From the NCBI RefSeq assembly GCF_963921235.1, contig NC_086097.1:190900001-190964000 (forward strand): 64,000 nt of DNA, read 5' to 3'. The position numbers were made by a program, and so were the translations under genes. Each line of letters opens with the position of its first letter. Positions within the stretch are counted from its first letter, which is position 1. This document shows, piece after piece, positions 35,280 to 49,344 of this stretch. The stretch comes from Mobula hypostoma (lineage: Eukaryota). The notes under the pieces are model-generated. The model saw only the letters and a program-made list of their open reading frames with translations, was not told the origin of the DNA and made no database searches.

Positions 35280-36464
35280 AGAAGAGTAAAGGGAAATACA
35301 GAGGCATAAGAGAGAAGCTGACCCAAGTTGTTCGGAAGGGACATGAGCAGGGACGAAGGCAGAACAGCAATAGTTGGAGTTTCTAGGAGAAATTTGGAAG
35401 GTGCTGGACAGTTACAACTTAAAGAAGAAGTATTCCAAAGGTAGTAGAACACGACAGTGTCCAACATGGTAAATCAAAAACAACATAAAACCAAAAGAGA
35501 GCGAATATAATATAGCAAAAATTAGTGGGAAGTTAGAGAATTGGGAAGCTTTTAAAAACCAACAGAAGGCAACGGGAAAAAAAAGCAATTACAAGGGAAA
35601 AGATGAAAAATGAAGATAAGTTAGCCAGTAATATCAAAGTAAACATTTGGATACAGTAAGATTAAAAGAGAGGTGAGAATAGATATTGAACTGCTGAAAG
35701 ATGACACTGGACTGTAGTAAACGGGGACAAGGCAATGCCAGATGAACTAAGTAAGTATCTTGCATTCGTCTTCACTGTGAAAGACATTTGCAGTATGCTG
35801 GAAAGAGTTTCAGTGGATAGAAGTGGGTGCAAATTCTATTACTATGGTGCTAGGGAAGCTGGACGTTCTGAAATTGGATAAGTCACCTGGACCAGATGGA
35901 CTATACTCCAGTGTTCTGAAGGATATACCTGGGTAGATTGTGGAGGCATTGAAAATGATCTTTCAAGAATCACTAGATTCTGGCATGGTTCTGGAGGACT
36001 GGAAAATTCCAAATGTCACTTCACTCTTCAAGAAGGGAGCAAGGCAGAAGAAAGAAATTCTAGACCAGTTAGCCTGATCTCAGTGGCTGGAAGGATGTTA
36101 GAGTCCATTATTAAGGATGAGATCTCAGCATACATGGAAGCACATGATAAAATAAGCTGAAGTCAGCATGGTTTCCTTAAAGGAAAATCTTGCCTGACCA
36201 ATCTGTTAGAATTCTTTGAAGAAATAACAAGCAAGATAGACAAAGGAAAATCAATGGTTTGTGTGTACCTTGATTTACAGATGGCCTTTGACAAGGTGCC
36301 ACAAATGGGGCTGCTTAACAAGGTAACAGTCCATGATATTACAGAAAAGATACTAGCATGGGTAGATGATTGGCTGATTGTCAGGAGAAAAAGAATGGGA
36401 ATTAAGGAAGCTGCAGCAGTGAATGTCGAGACCATTTATTTTCACGTTATATGTCAATGATTAG

Positions 36465-36960
36465 GATAATAGAATTGATGGCTTTTCACTAAATTCATCA
36501 CCTCTCTTGACATCCAATGTTCTCTTGGCTTGTCATCATTATCTTTCTTTCTGAACAGAACATACTTGTCCTGTACTTTGTGCAGCTGGTCTTTAAACAC
36601 CCTCCACATGTCAAATGCAGTCTTGCCCAAAAACAGCTGTTCCCAATTAACTCTCCTGTTCCAAATTAATGGTCCAGTAACTTGCACTGCTCCAATTTAA
36701 TACTTTATTGCAAGGTCCATACTTACCCTCAGCAATAGCTATTTTAAATATAAGGAGTTATGATGACGGTTCCCTAACTGGTCGATTACTTGGCCAAACT
36801 CCTTACCTAACACCAGACCCAGTACAGTCCCTCCTCTTTTTGGACTACCTACATATTGATTTATGAAACTCTCCTCGATACACCTCACAAATTCTGTCCC
36901 ATCTAAATCTCTTGAACTCAGAATGTCATAGTTTATATTGGGGAAGTTGAAGTCCCTCAT
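36465..36960 (-). mobile_element. CR1 ORF2 fragment (endonuclease end and linker)
   Basis: ORF 36739..36960 (MRDFNFPNI...FVRCIEESFINQYVGSPKRGGTVLGLVL); ORF 36454..36687. Confidence 0.82.
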
Positions 36961-37544
36961 GTGCTTTGTCTAGAATTAGGAGCCCCTCCTTTTCAGCATG
37001 ATACTGTGGAGAACTCCATTACAAAGCCAGATAAGTCAGCTTTCATTGCAGTATAAGAAAATGCAATCCCACATCTGTATACCACAGTGGAAACTCATTC
37101 TGCTGTGGTCATGCTCTCAGTACCAATGTTTAATTTGTCTGAAATCTGTATGCTGAATTGGATTGTTGAGTGTCCCCTCCCCTCTATCCTTATCTCTACA
37201 CTTACCCCTACAATCTTCCCATTGTGGCACTATGGGAATGGTTAGATTTCTTTGAAAAACAAATCTACTACTTTTTTTTCCTGATTATAGCATTCCGCTG
37301 GTGTCTTTCCTGCTACCTGGCAAGCTGAGCCACTATTTGAGGCAAGTCAGTTTTACCTTTTTGGCCCAGTTTTGCTGAAGGGAAATTTTGCAAGGCCTTT
37401 AATGGTTTTCTTTGCAGAGTATCTTCAGCCTCCTGCAACTATGCTCCATGAGCAGCACTGCACAAGAGCACCAGGACAAGAAATTCATAAGACGGGATCT
37501 TACCTTTTTGGCAGAGTTAATGGATAAAGTTCTCGTGCTTTTAT

Positions 37545-37720
37545 GGTTGTTGTTGTTGTTGTTGGTCCTCTCCATGCCTTGTGACACATCCAGCAGCAAC
37601 CAAGTTGCTAGCTTGATGCTCAACCCAGCACGGTTGGAAAGTGCAGAAGGAGCCAGCCAAATTCGAACGCAGGACCTTTCGCCTCACAGTCCATGCTGAT
37701 GTCACTATACCAGCGCCGGC
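37545..37720 (-). mobile_element. tRNA-derived SINE with (CAA)n tail
   Basis: Minus strand gccggcgctggtatagtg (A box) ... gcgttcgaatttgg (B box) ... ends in (caa)n. Confidence 0.75.
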
Positions 37721-38379
37721 TCCTTGCTTTTATAATGGGTTGTATTTATTTAGTTCATATCGGTACAAGAGCAGAGATGGTTAATAAAAGAGTGAAGGCA
37801 ACATGGTGACAGTGGTTTTATTCAAACTTGAGGGTAAATTTCATGATGTTTTTGCAGTAGTTGGTCATAATCATCTTAGCCAGAATGGGACTATTTGTTT
37901 GACTGTTTCCCTTCATCTTTGAGTTTGTCTTTGACTTCTCTCCCCCCCCCGCCTTCTCCTCTTACTACAAGCTCCACATCTGCTCACTGTTGTGAAGCTT
38001 GAGCCCTCATTACGGCAAGGGTGAACAGCACAAAACATTTGTGAGAGCTGCTTTGATGAATAGCACAGGACTCTTCCAGGCAGTACACGGGAACTGATGC
38101 AATACAATGCAATGAGCAATAATGTGCACACACCAGCTGGACGTTCATGTGTGGAATCCCACAGTTTGTGATGTATTTTGCATGCAGTCTGTGGCTTTTA
38201 GAAACTATATGGATTTAAAGATGGTAGGGTAAGTATTTTAATGCTTAAGGATTTCAACAGATAAAGGGTGGTGTTTTTCCAGCAATATGTCGCAACTCAG
38301 AAGTTGCTGAGTGTAACCTTCTACTCCAGGTGCCAATCCATCCTGCTCTTCCTCCATCTCATTCCTCTCTGAAGCACTG

Positions 38380-38662
38380 ACTCAGAATAAAGGGATGTCC
38401 ATTTAAAACTGAGAAGAGGATGAATGTCTTCAGCCAGAGGGTAGTGAATCTGAGAAATGCATTTCCACAGAGGACTGTGCAAGCCAGGTTATTGGGCTCA
38501 TTTTAGGCAGAGATTGATAGGGCTTTGCTTGGCAAAGGGGTTAAGATTTACAAGGAGAAATTGGCAGAATGGGTTGGAGAAAAGACATTCATGATTGAAT
38601 AGTGGAACTGATTTGTTGCACTGAATGGCCTAATTCTGCTCCTAATCTTATGGTTTTATGGT
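38380..38662 (+). mobile_element. CR1 3' end
   Basis: ttcagccagagggtagtgaatctg...ctgaatggcctaattctgctcctaatcttatggttttatgg. Confidence 0.85.
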
Positions 38663-38989
38663 TTAAACTTTCCCAAATCCCTATGAACTCTCACCTTTTC
38701 AATACACCCATAATATCCTCCCCTGTGACCTCAACTCAGCCTTTGACCTTTTGTTTCTGTGATGCTTTCACTATTGTTTATGGCTGGTTCATTATCTCTC
38801 TAGATTCCAATTGTCTCAATCTCTTTCTATGTCCTATCACTTGATTTACACACACCATGATCTCTTCCCAATTTCTGTAATCTCTTCCTACAACCATGAA
38901 TTCTTGCTAAGCATTTCAAACCCTCTTCCCATACTATTATCTGTTTTATAAGCAAAAATTTCAATCCATGTATTCCCAAACCTGAACCA

Positions 38990-41900
38990 TAGATAAACCG
39001 GGAGATGAACTCCCTACTGAAGTCCAGGACTGTGGTGTTCAACTCAGATAATCCTGACCTATTCAGGAATCAAGATATGATCTTTGTAAAACTATCAGGA
39101 ATGTTGAGAGACTATACCGCTCCAAAATGTCACACAAAGGTCACTCTTCTGGAGTGCGAAACTTTGGAAGGTTGGATTCCCTGGCCATGTCCTCAAATCC
39201 ATTGCGCATCAACTTGTGGGGATACATATTTGCAGACATTTTTAATCTCTCTCCACTTAAATCTGAGTTTCTCATCTGCTTTAAGAAAACCACTATCACC
39301 ATGGTACCTAAGGAAAACAAAGTAATGTACTTTAACTACTCCTGCCCTATAATGATATTCACCATCATTAGGTGCTTAGGTAGCTGGTTACAACATGCAT
39401 CAGTCCAGCCTTCCAAACAACCTTAACCCATTGCAATACCACTGGAACTGGTCCATGGTAAGTGACATCTACCTGCCCTTACACACATCTCTGGAGCATC
39501 TGTACAATAAGGACACCTATGTTAGACGATTGTTTATTGACTGCAGTTCCACCTTCAATATTACAATTCCAAGAAATCTCATCTCCAAACTACTAAACAT
39601 GAAACTCAACACCCCTCTTTGCAACTGGATCCTTAGCTTCCTGAAAAGCAGACCACAATCAGTAAGGATAGGCTACAACACCTCAACACAATCTTTCTCA
39701 ACACTGGTGCTCCACAATACTACATCCTGAGCACCCTCCTCTATGGCCTATACACTCATAACTGCATGGCCAGATTCTGCCCTAACTCCATCAACAAGCT
39801 TGCAGATCACACCATTAGAGTAAGCCAAATCTCAAATAATGGCAAGTCAGAAACAGATAGGAGATAGAAACCCTCATGACATAGTGTCATGATAACCTTT
39901 CCCTTAATATCAACAAAACAAAGCTGGTCATTGACTTTAGGAAGGGGGGTGGTTTGCAGAGATTCAAAATTTTGGATGATTAAGACCTCTTCTGGGAAAG
40001 AGGTGACCTGTACAATAGGGACAGGTTACACCTGAACACAAGGGGGACCAATACCCTAGCCGGAAAGTTTGCTGGTGCTACGAGGTGGAGTTTAAACTAA
40101 ATTGGCAGGTGGTGGGATCCCAAGTATTACAAAGGCAAATGAGAGTTTGAAAGATATTCCAGAAGTCAGTGACAAGTTAAATATGTATGACAGGTAGGAG
40201 AATGGCAGGGAGGAGGAAAGCCCAATTGGATTAAATTGCATTTGTTTCAATGCAAGAGGTCTGACAGGTAAGACAATATGGTTTTGATAGCTACGTCATA
40301 GTCATGAGAGAAACATAGCAAACAGGTATTCCAAGGTATAGATGATTTAGGTGGGATGTTATTACCCTTCAATGATCAGGATCGAGAATCAGCATTTATA
40401 ACTTTATTCAGGTTAATTCTGAACTGATTCCACTACCTATGGACTCAAGAACTCTACAATTCATGTCCTCTGTATCAATCATCTATCTATCTATTGATTT
40501 ATTTATTATTTTTTATTTGCCCATTTTGTCCTCTTTTGCACATTGGTTACACACTAATGCCAGTCTCTGTTTGTGTGTAGTTTTTCTTTGACTCTATTGT
40601 ATTTCTTTGTTCTACTGTGAATGCCTGCAACAAAAAAGAATCTCAGCTGGTATATGGTGACATATGCATACTGGTAATAGATTCACTTTGAACTTTGAAC
40701 TTTAAACTCTGAGGAAAGAGAGGAAGAGGAGTTGCATTTTTGATTAAGGGGCATGTCACAGCCATCATCAGAGGTGAAATTGGCAAAAGATTATCCAGTG
40801 AAGTTTTATGGGTGGAGTTGCAAAACAAGAAGGGGGTGATTACTTTGTTGAGATTGTACTATAGGCCCTCAAATAGCCAATGGGAATTGGAAAAACAAGT
40901 ATGCAGGGAGATTGTGGAGAGTAATAAGAAAATTAAGGTTGTCATCGGAAGGGTTTTTTTAAGCTTTTCTAAGATAAACTGTAACTGTCATATTGTTAAG
41001 AGTTTAGATAGGTTTTCTCTAGGGCTTGATGCCGGGTTCATTGCTATGTGCCATCTATATTAATGATTTGGATAAGAATGTACAAACGTTTGTACAAGGC
41101 ATGGCTAATAAGTTAGCAAATGTCACTAAAATTGGTGGCAGAGTTGACAATGAAAATGGTTCTCAGAAATCTCAGAGGTATCTTGATCAGTGCAGTAAGC
41201 AGATCACACCAATAGTTTAATTTGAATGAGTGTGAGGTGTTACTGTTTGGAAAGTCAATCCAAGTAGGACCTTCACAGTGAAGGACAGGGCTGTGGGCAT
41301 GTACAACAGCAAAACCTTGCAGTGCAATTATATGGTTCACATGGTCCACTGAAAGTGGAATTACAGGTAGACAGGGTGATGAAGAAATCTTTTGACACAT
41401 TAGCCTTCATAAGCCAGGTTATTAAGTGTAGAAGTTGCAAGATAATGTTTAACTTGTACAGGACACCAATGAAGCTGCACTTGAAGAATTACGTTCAGTT
41501 TTGGTCACTTTGCTATTGGAAAGATGTTATCAAACTAGAAAGAGTGCAGAAAAGACTTACAAAAATTCTGCCAGGACTTGAGGGACTGTGTTATAAGGAG
41601 AGATTTGACAGGCTTGGATTTATTTCTTTGAAGCATAGGAGAGTGAAGGATGATCTTAAAGAGGTCATGTTTATGGAGATGAGGAATCAAGAACTTGAGG
41701 GCAGCAGTTTAAGGGGAGAGGAAAATGAATTAAGAGGAATTTGAGGGACAATGTTTTTATACTAAGGATAATACCTATGTGGAATCATCTGCCAGAAGAA
41801 GTGGTTGAGTCAGGTACAATAATAACTTTAAGAAAACAGCTGGATAGGTATATGGATTGGAAAAGTTTAGGAAGTTATGGTGCAAACACTGTCTAGTGAG

Positions 41901-42345
41901 ACTAGTCAGATTGGAACATCTTGAATGAGTTCAGCCAAAGGGCCTGTTTCTATTTTGTATACTTCTATGACTCTGACTAAACTGCAGAGAGCCATAGACA
42001 CAGCTGAGCACAACATGGAAACCAACATCTCCTCCATGGATTCCATCTACACTTCTCTTATCTTCCTTCTCCTATTGGGCAGAAAATAGGAAAAGTTTGA
42101 AAAGCACAGGCTACCATACTCAAAGCCATCCTGACCATACAATCTACCTTGTTAAGGCCTTGCATATTATTGTCTGCCCCACTGTACTTCCTCTGTAGCT
42201 GTAACACATTATTCTACTTTCTGCTATTGTTTCCCTTTGCACTAACTCAATGTTCTGTTGTGATGAAATGATCTGCATAGATGGCATGGAACATAAAGAT
42301 TTTCTTTGTACCTCAGTATGTGACAAAAATAAACCAATTTACCAA
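38990..42345 (+). mobile_element. Rex1-type LINE (38990-39955 and 41978-42345) interrupted by a CR1
   Basis: IFADIFNLS...[29 protein letters not shown]...[16 protein letters not shown]; the 3' end resumes at ~41978. Confidence 0.8.
39956..41977 (+). mobile_element. Internally deleted CR1 (ORF1 end, endonuclease, RT end, 3' UTR) containing a Rex1 tail at ~40400-40705
   Basis: DRLHLNTRGTNTLA; LWVELQNKKGVITLLRLYYRP; IYINDLD; LERVQKRLTKILPGL; tail ttctatgactctgact. Confidence 0.82.
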
Positions 42346-42397
42346 TCTTTTCCTAGATCTTGAATCTCCATTTCCATGACTTTCTATTTTAATCCAC

Positions 42398-42767
42398 ATG
42401 ACTCTCTTACGGTGGGGTCTGAAAAGAGGATGCTGTCCAAGTTGCATGCCATCTTGGACAATGTCTCCCATCCACTACATAATGTACTGGTTGGGCACAG
42501 GAGTTCATTCAGCCAGAGACTCATTCCACCGAGATGCGACATGGAGCATCATAGGAAGTCATTCCTGCCTGTGGCCATCAAACTTAACAACTCCTCCCCT
42601 GGAGGGTCAGACACCCTGAGCCAATAGGCTGGTCCTGGACTTATTTCATGGCATAATTTACATATTACTATTTAATTATTTATGGTTTTATTACTACTTA
42701 ATTATTTATGGTGCAACTGTAATGAAAACCAATTTCCCCCGGGATCAATAAAGTATGACTATGACTA
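42398..42767 (+). mobile_element. Rex1-related LINE 3' end with (TATGAC)n tail
   Basis: ORF 42376..42627 (KLHAILDNVSHPLH...FSQRLIPPRC..HRKSFLPVAIKL); second copy at 60188-60434 (-). Confidence 0.82.
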
Positions 42768-43016
42768 TTTCCCCACCATCTTGTGATCTCTTCCTATCTC
42801 CCATGTAATCTTTTCAGCTACATGTAGTTATTTTCCACCAAATCCAGGATTCCTTCCAAGGATCTGCAATTTCTCCCAATATTCCATTTCTCTTTTCTCA
42901 CCTCAATAATTAATAATTGTTTGCTATTGTCATATGTACCAAGGTACAAAGAAAAATTTGTCTTGTGTACCATTCATTCAGGTTAATTCATTAAAACAGT
43001 AACCTCCTACCACCTT

Positions 43017-43197
43017 ACAAACAAAAGAAAATCTGCAGATGCTGGGAATCCAAGCAACACACAAAATGCTGGAGGAACTCAGCAGGCCAGTCAGCATGTA
43101 TGGAAAAAGTACGGTCAACATTTCGAAGTGTCTTGGCCCAAAATGTGACTGTAATTTTTTTCATAGATGCTGAGTTCTTCCAGCCTTTTGTGTGTGT
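43017..43197. mobile_element. Penelope-like pseudo-LTR remnant with inverted halves
   Basis: aaaatctgcagatgctggg...acaaaatgctggaggaactcagcagg followed by the inverted gctgagttcttccagccttttgtgtg. Confidence 0.7.
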
Positions 43198-45709
43198 TCC
43201 TCCTACCATCTTGCTTCCCCAGTCCCTTCCCTATAACTCCAACAAACTCCATCAGTTCCCACACCTTCCCTGGAAACTCTCCTCCCCTTGTTCCTGTCAC
43301 ATCCATGACAATGGTCACTAGCCAAGCTCTCATTCTTGCCGACCACCAGTAGGGAAGCCAAATATAGTAGAAAATACTAAAGTCGTGCTGGAGTTCAATT
43401 TGGCAGGGTGTTTGTCTTTCCGTCATTTTTGCTGTCTTAATAGCTGACAGTCACTTCTATCCTATCCTGTCTCTGTAAATATTTGCGCAAATATCGCTGA
43501 CATTAGAGCAATACACAAAAATGACCCCATTTCATATCATTAACTGAGCCTGTTCTACGGCCTGTTGATGAGAATCAATTGGAACTTGTCACGCATCAGA
43601 ATATATTATGTAAATCAAAGCCATTGCATACAAAATATCAAAAAAGAGGGTGTCACCTTGACAAAGAAATTTGCAATAATGGCTTTGTATTCATGAGGGA
43701 GCTGTGAACAAGGAAAGAAGACATGCTGTAGTATAAAGCTTATGAAGGGAATTATTTTAATACCATCACCTCTTAAAGCAATATACGTGATACAGGGCAT
43801 GAGACTTCAGAGAACTTTATAAAAGCAGTGCCTGCCAGAAATTGGAATTCCAAATTAAAACCCCCTGCTTGAGTTGCCTACAGCAGTAAAATAGAAACTA
43901 TAATTCATGAAGACATAATTTTCATATCTTCATGTTGTAAGTAATTGATGTTCAGAGAAATCTAACTAAATGTAATTAGTCAATTGATACTACTTTACAC
44001 CATATTACTACATTAATTATAATTTGGAGGCCTAATAATCTTGATGGTGTCAGAGTTACTCACAAATAATGCATATATTCATTACTGCTACAAAACTACT
44101 TCATATTGAAGCCTATGTATTTGAAGTGTGGTTTTTATAAACTAATTGGCTGTGGCACTGTCATCAACATTTTTGACTTGCACCATGGAGCAAAGCAACA
44201 GTCTATCTCTCATTCAAGTTCCATTATCAGTGTCAGACTGGCAGTATGTGATGTCAGTGAAAATGCAACACAACATGTTCCAGCCCATCAACTCTTGTCA
44301 GATCCCTATAGAGACAGGCAATAGAGACTCCTCATGATGGCAACACTAGAGCTAAATGTTCGCTTTTCACTGACCTTATCTATCAACAAATCCAGTATGT
44401 GAAAAGAAGCTAGCTCTGAAAGCAGCCAAAAAAGGTTCGGTTAAAAAAGGATATAAAACAGAAGAAATTATAGCAGACCAAAAGGAAAATAAATTCTCTC
44501 ATTCAAATAACAGAAGATCTTTAATCTCTGAGGATTTATTTTTCTAATTTATATTTATTGATTGATAATAAAAAGTGTTTGAATGAACTTTCCATCTTAC
44601 TGATATACAGCATTGCTGCCATTCATTTGCTTGTTAAATTAACTTTTTGGAAGAATGTTTGCCTCTGAGAACACAATTTTAATATATATGTTGATTCCAT
44701 ATGACTACTGCCTGGAGTGATTCAAAGTCGTACGATGCTCCTGCAAGGGCATTGGGATTTGCAAATCAGAGCAGAGGTGTATTTACTGCAGTCTCAATAA
44801 TGGTTGAAGTTTACTTCTGACTGATCTTAATGGCTTGTGCTTGCACCACGATGAGCTCATTCATCTTGGGTATCATGGGTAGGGTGCACTGAATTCAGAA
44901 AAGAGAAAACAATGTTGGCCATTCATCAGTGCAGTAGCTACAAACTACCTTACTTAGAAGGTCAGATATGCTAAACCCTGCATTCATTTGCTGATGAATT
45001 CAATTTAGGATCTAGTTTTGACCACAGTGGATCCCACATCCATCAGTGAGCATATCTGAATATAAGTATATTTACCACAAACTGCTGTAAGTTAGGAATC
45101 AACCCAAGATTTTGCTTTGCTACTTTCCAGAATAAACTAGGTCATTAGTGTCCAACTTGTCTAGCTGGAAGTCTTAGCAGAACATGCAGAAGGCTGACTG
45201 TTCCATTTTCTGATAACTGTATGCTATTTCTTTCTGCTGAAATAATTGTCCAATTTATTATTCAATGGCCTTGAAATTCCCTGGAAGATTCTGTCAACCT
45301 TTTGCCTGACTTTGACTGGCCCAAGATAAAATGATGTTAAAGTCTGTATGCCATTGTTAGTCTCATACCTTTAAGTATTAATGACTGCTTTTCCTCCTTT
45401 TGGTGGACATCTTCTCTGTCAACAATGACAGATTAATTAAAATGGTAGCAGGCGTCGGTACATTGGTTATACACTGACAAATATGCTTCTACCATTTTAA
45501 CTAATCACCTGCTTCTTTTAAATAGAACATTTTCAGGTCAGCCTACTACTTTTTCAATACATTCTATGGATTCAACGTGATGCCTCACTGACAGTACAAT
45601 TGCCAGAAGGATCTTCAAAGGCAGGAACATGAATCATGCTATCAAATGACATGTAATGTATGCTATCATTGAACTCTTGATCGCTGTGCCTAACACTAAC
45701 ACTAGATAG

Positions 45710-45945
45710 GTGCAGCAAAGTAGCTTAATTTTTAGCACATACCAGGTTCAATTCCCGCTGCTGCCTGTAAGGAGTTTGTACATTCTCCCTGTCACCATGT
45801 GTGTTTCCTCCTGATGCTCCGGATTCTTCCCACATTCCAAAGTTGTACCAGTTGGTAGGTTAATTGGTCTTTGTATATTGTCCCGTAATTAAAAGCTAGG
45901 GTTAAATTGGGGGATTGCTGGTTAGTGCAATTCATAGACTCCATG
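45710..45945 (+). mobile_element. HE1/V-type SINE
   Basis: B-box ggttcaattccc, then gtaaggagtttgtacattctccctgt...gtttcctcctgatgctccggattcttcccacattccaaag (V domain). Confidence 0.8.
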
Positions 45946-47924
45946 CTGTATGATAGTGACTGGTACTCACCAACACTGAAGGTATTTTCGGCAGCAATGA
46001 CACTTCGTTGTGGATGGTAATGCATAATTTACTTTGATAATTTGCTTAATGCTACGTAGAAATAGTATATCCATTTGGTTAAGACTGCTGTCACCTGATT
46101 CTGTTCTTATTTACCCAATTGTTGCTAGGACATCACTTGCAAAGTTTTTCATACATTATTGCTCAACCAATGCTGCTTTGGTATTGTCTTTCTGTCTATA
46201 CGCACGCCAATACAGAATGTTCCTAAAAAGTGAGTGAAATCTTACCTAACTGGGAAATGTTGAAAGAAGATGATATAGTCACCCTGGTTCAAGACAAATT
46301 CAAGAAATATGGAAAGGGATGCAATATCTTACTCAAAATGTCAAAGGGTGTCATTTATGGTTTTGGTAAGAACTGTTTCGGTATTATGGCATTGGATGGA
46401 TTTGAGCAAGTACATCATCAGAAAACTGGACATGAATTTTGGAACTCCAACACAACTAAGGACCTGGTTCAAAACTATAGAAGGAGTTGCATTTTGCAAT
46501 GGAGAGAACATCAAGGTTTTGTTTATGGGGTCAAAAGTAACTGGGCAGAAGCAAAGAACAATTGAGGAGAAAGAAAATCATGTCTCAAAGTATTTACAAT
46601 AATACAGCATGATAAAAGAAATATAAAAATGCTATGAAACCCAAATCTACTTCACAATTAAATTCTTGTATCCTTCCACTCTTTCAAACTTGACTACTAG
46701 GCAAATAACTAGTAATGGATGAGTAGAAATTTACTTCAACTAAATATCCATTTACAGAATTTCCCACCCTGTAACTGAATATAAACAGGATATCCTCTAT
46801 TGTATCATGTTTGACTCCAGGATGTGTGAACTATAGACTCATCCCATCATTAAGACTGCTTATTTCTAAGATCATCGTGTTAATTGCTTGAATGCTTTCA
46901 TTATCTATGTTTAATAGTTTTTAAATTATTTGAAATGCATATTTATTCAGAAGCATTGAAAAACCTGAACAACTTTGGCAGGCAGCAAAGCTGACATTTC
47001 TGGTAATGGTTTTACGGGATCTTCTGTGGGAGTGGCTTGCTCAGGACTACCTACATGTCTCAATTGTTCCCTGTGCCTTACACAGCAGGTGATTTGATGT
47101 AGTTCTATGACAGGTATCAGTGGTAAGCACCCTTTAGTTTTCTCACATCCATTATAACTTTATGTGGTTTGATGTCAAATTTTTAAACACTTCTGTTGTG
47201 CATTGAAACATGTTACCAGATTACTGCTGGTGTACAAACAGAAGCTGTTTTTTCACTACCTTAGACACCGTTGACTATTAATACCTTCTTGTTCTGCCAG
47301 GCACTCATGGGTAGAAGGAAAATATTATTACCAAATGCGTTGCTTCTTCTCTCATTTCTCCCAATTTACTCCATGCATATTTAATTTCCTTCTGTTTGAA
47401 TTATTCAGGTAAATTGCAAACAGCTGTCAGTCGATAGTGTGTTAACATTCAGCATTTCATTTCTCATCTCATATTCTACAGCAGAGCCATTGAATTGGAC
47501 ATTTTTACTACACCTGTTTAATCCACCATAAAGCATGAGTTGATAGGCACATACTGCAATGTTCAGAAAGTTTAAGAACAGTTCATTTAACTACTCACAC
47601 CCATGGGAATTTCAAGACTATTTTCTTTTATGCTGCACAAAAATATGCAATACATCACCATTGTTCAAACAGTAATGCTTTTTCAAATAGTCAAACACAT
47701 TTGTTAAGATTTGAACACTCGGTTGCTTTGTGTTAGAATTTTCATCACTGATGTTCTCTATGACAAAGTCAGAAATATTTTGCAAATGCAAAATAAATTT
47801 TGGCTTGTTTAAAACAATGTGACAATACAGCAAATGGAACCGATATGAACTGTATTCATTTTGGAAATTAACAACTACTGAAGTCTTTGTTCAAGTGAAC
47901 ATATCTCAAAATGGTCATGTGCAA

Positions 47925-49344
47925 TGGTCTCAAAGGGGAACTTGTGTCTGTATAGAACAGAAATGAGGAGGAATTTCTTTAGGCAGGGCGTGATGAACTT
48001 GTGGAAGTCATTGCCACAGACAGTTGTGGAGGACATGCCACTGGGTACATTTAAAGCAGAGTTTAGTAAGTTCTGAAAGTAAGGATGTCATAGGTTATGG
48101 GCAGGAGGCAGGAGAGTGAGGTTGAGAGGGATAATAAATCAGCAATGATGGAAAGGCAAAGCAAGTCAACAGAAGGCAACTAAAGCAACATGGAGAAAAA
48201 AGGTTAAATATGATGTAAGCAAGCCAATAACATAAAAGAGAATACCAAATGTTTTTTTCAGATATATGAAGAGTAAAAGAGAAGCAAGAATGGATATCAG
48301 ACTGCTGGAAAATGCTGCTGGAGAGGTAGTAGTGGAGGAAAAAGAAATGGCAGACAAATTAAAAAAGTACTTTGTATTAGTCTTCACTGTGTAAGATGCT
48401 AGAAGTATGCCAGAATTGCAGGGAGCAGAAGTGAATGTAATTGCTATTAATTTGGAAAAGGTGCTTGAGAAATTGAAAGGTCTGAAGGAAGATAGGTCAA
48501 CTGGACTAGACAGACTACACCCCATGGTTTTGAAGAGATAGTGGAAGCATCTTTCATGAATCACTAGATCCTGGAATGGTTCAGGAGGACTGTAAAATTG
48601 TGGAAGGCATTTAACTCTTCAAGAATGGAGAGAGGCAGAAGAAAGGAACTTATAGGCTTGTTAGCCTGACTTCAGTCATTGTCAAGACTTTGGAGTACAT
48701 TATTAAGGATAAGGTTTCATGGTACTTGGAGGCACATGATAAACAAGGACAAAATATTGCCTGACAAATCTGTTGGATTTTTTTGAAGAGTTACAGGCAG
48801 GATAGACAAAGGAGAGATGGGATATTGTTTACTTGCATTTTCAGAAGTCCTTTGATAAGGTGCTGCACATGAGGCTGCTTAAGATAAGAGCCCATGATAT
48901 TTCTGGAAATATACTGGTATGGATAGAAGATTGGCTAACTGGTATGAGGCAAAGAGGTGCCTTTTCTGGTTGGTGGTGATGACTAGTGGTTTTCCGCAAG
49001 GGTCGGAATTTGGACAGATTTTTTTTGTGCTTTATGTCAATGATTTAGATGACTTTCAGCATAGCTTTGTGGCCATGGTTGCAAACATTGTGTTAAGAAG
49101 CAGGGATTGTGTTAAGGAAGCACGAAGTGTACAGAAAGACATACATATTGGAGAACAGGCAAGTGAGTGGTAGATGGAATATGGAGTAGGAAAATGCATA
49201 TATAGTCATGCCATGTTAGAAGGAATAAAGGCATAGACTATTTTGTATATGGGGAGAAAGTTCAAAAATCAAAGGTGCAAAGGGAAGTGAGAATCCTTGT
49301 ACAGGATTCCCTAAAGTTTAACATGCGGGTTAAGTTGGTGGTCA
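47925..49344 (+). mobile_element. CR1 fragments (a 3' end, then an ORF2 RT region)
   Basis: 3'-end motifs at 47950-48165; NYRLVSLTS, FQKSFDKVLH, SGFPQGSEFGQIFFVLYVNDLD downstream. Confidence 0.85.

Larger units (their letters stand above)
31880..36420 (+). mobile_element. Long CR1 LINE (5' UTR, esterase ORF1, ORF2 endonuclease and RT start), decayed and split by a solo LTR
   Basis: ORF1 SGNH motifs (VIQDSIVR, MVYCFPGARV, VLVHNVTNN, ..LNPRGTNILA) at 32490-32945; APE (KVLYLNV, ITESWL, VMGDFN) at 33175-33600; RT start (KSPGPDG, RPVSLIS, QHGFLKGKSCLTNLLEFFE, YLDLQMAFDKVP) at 35880-36300. Confidence 0.9.
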
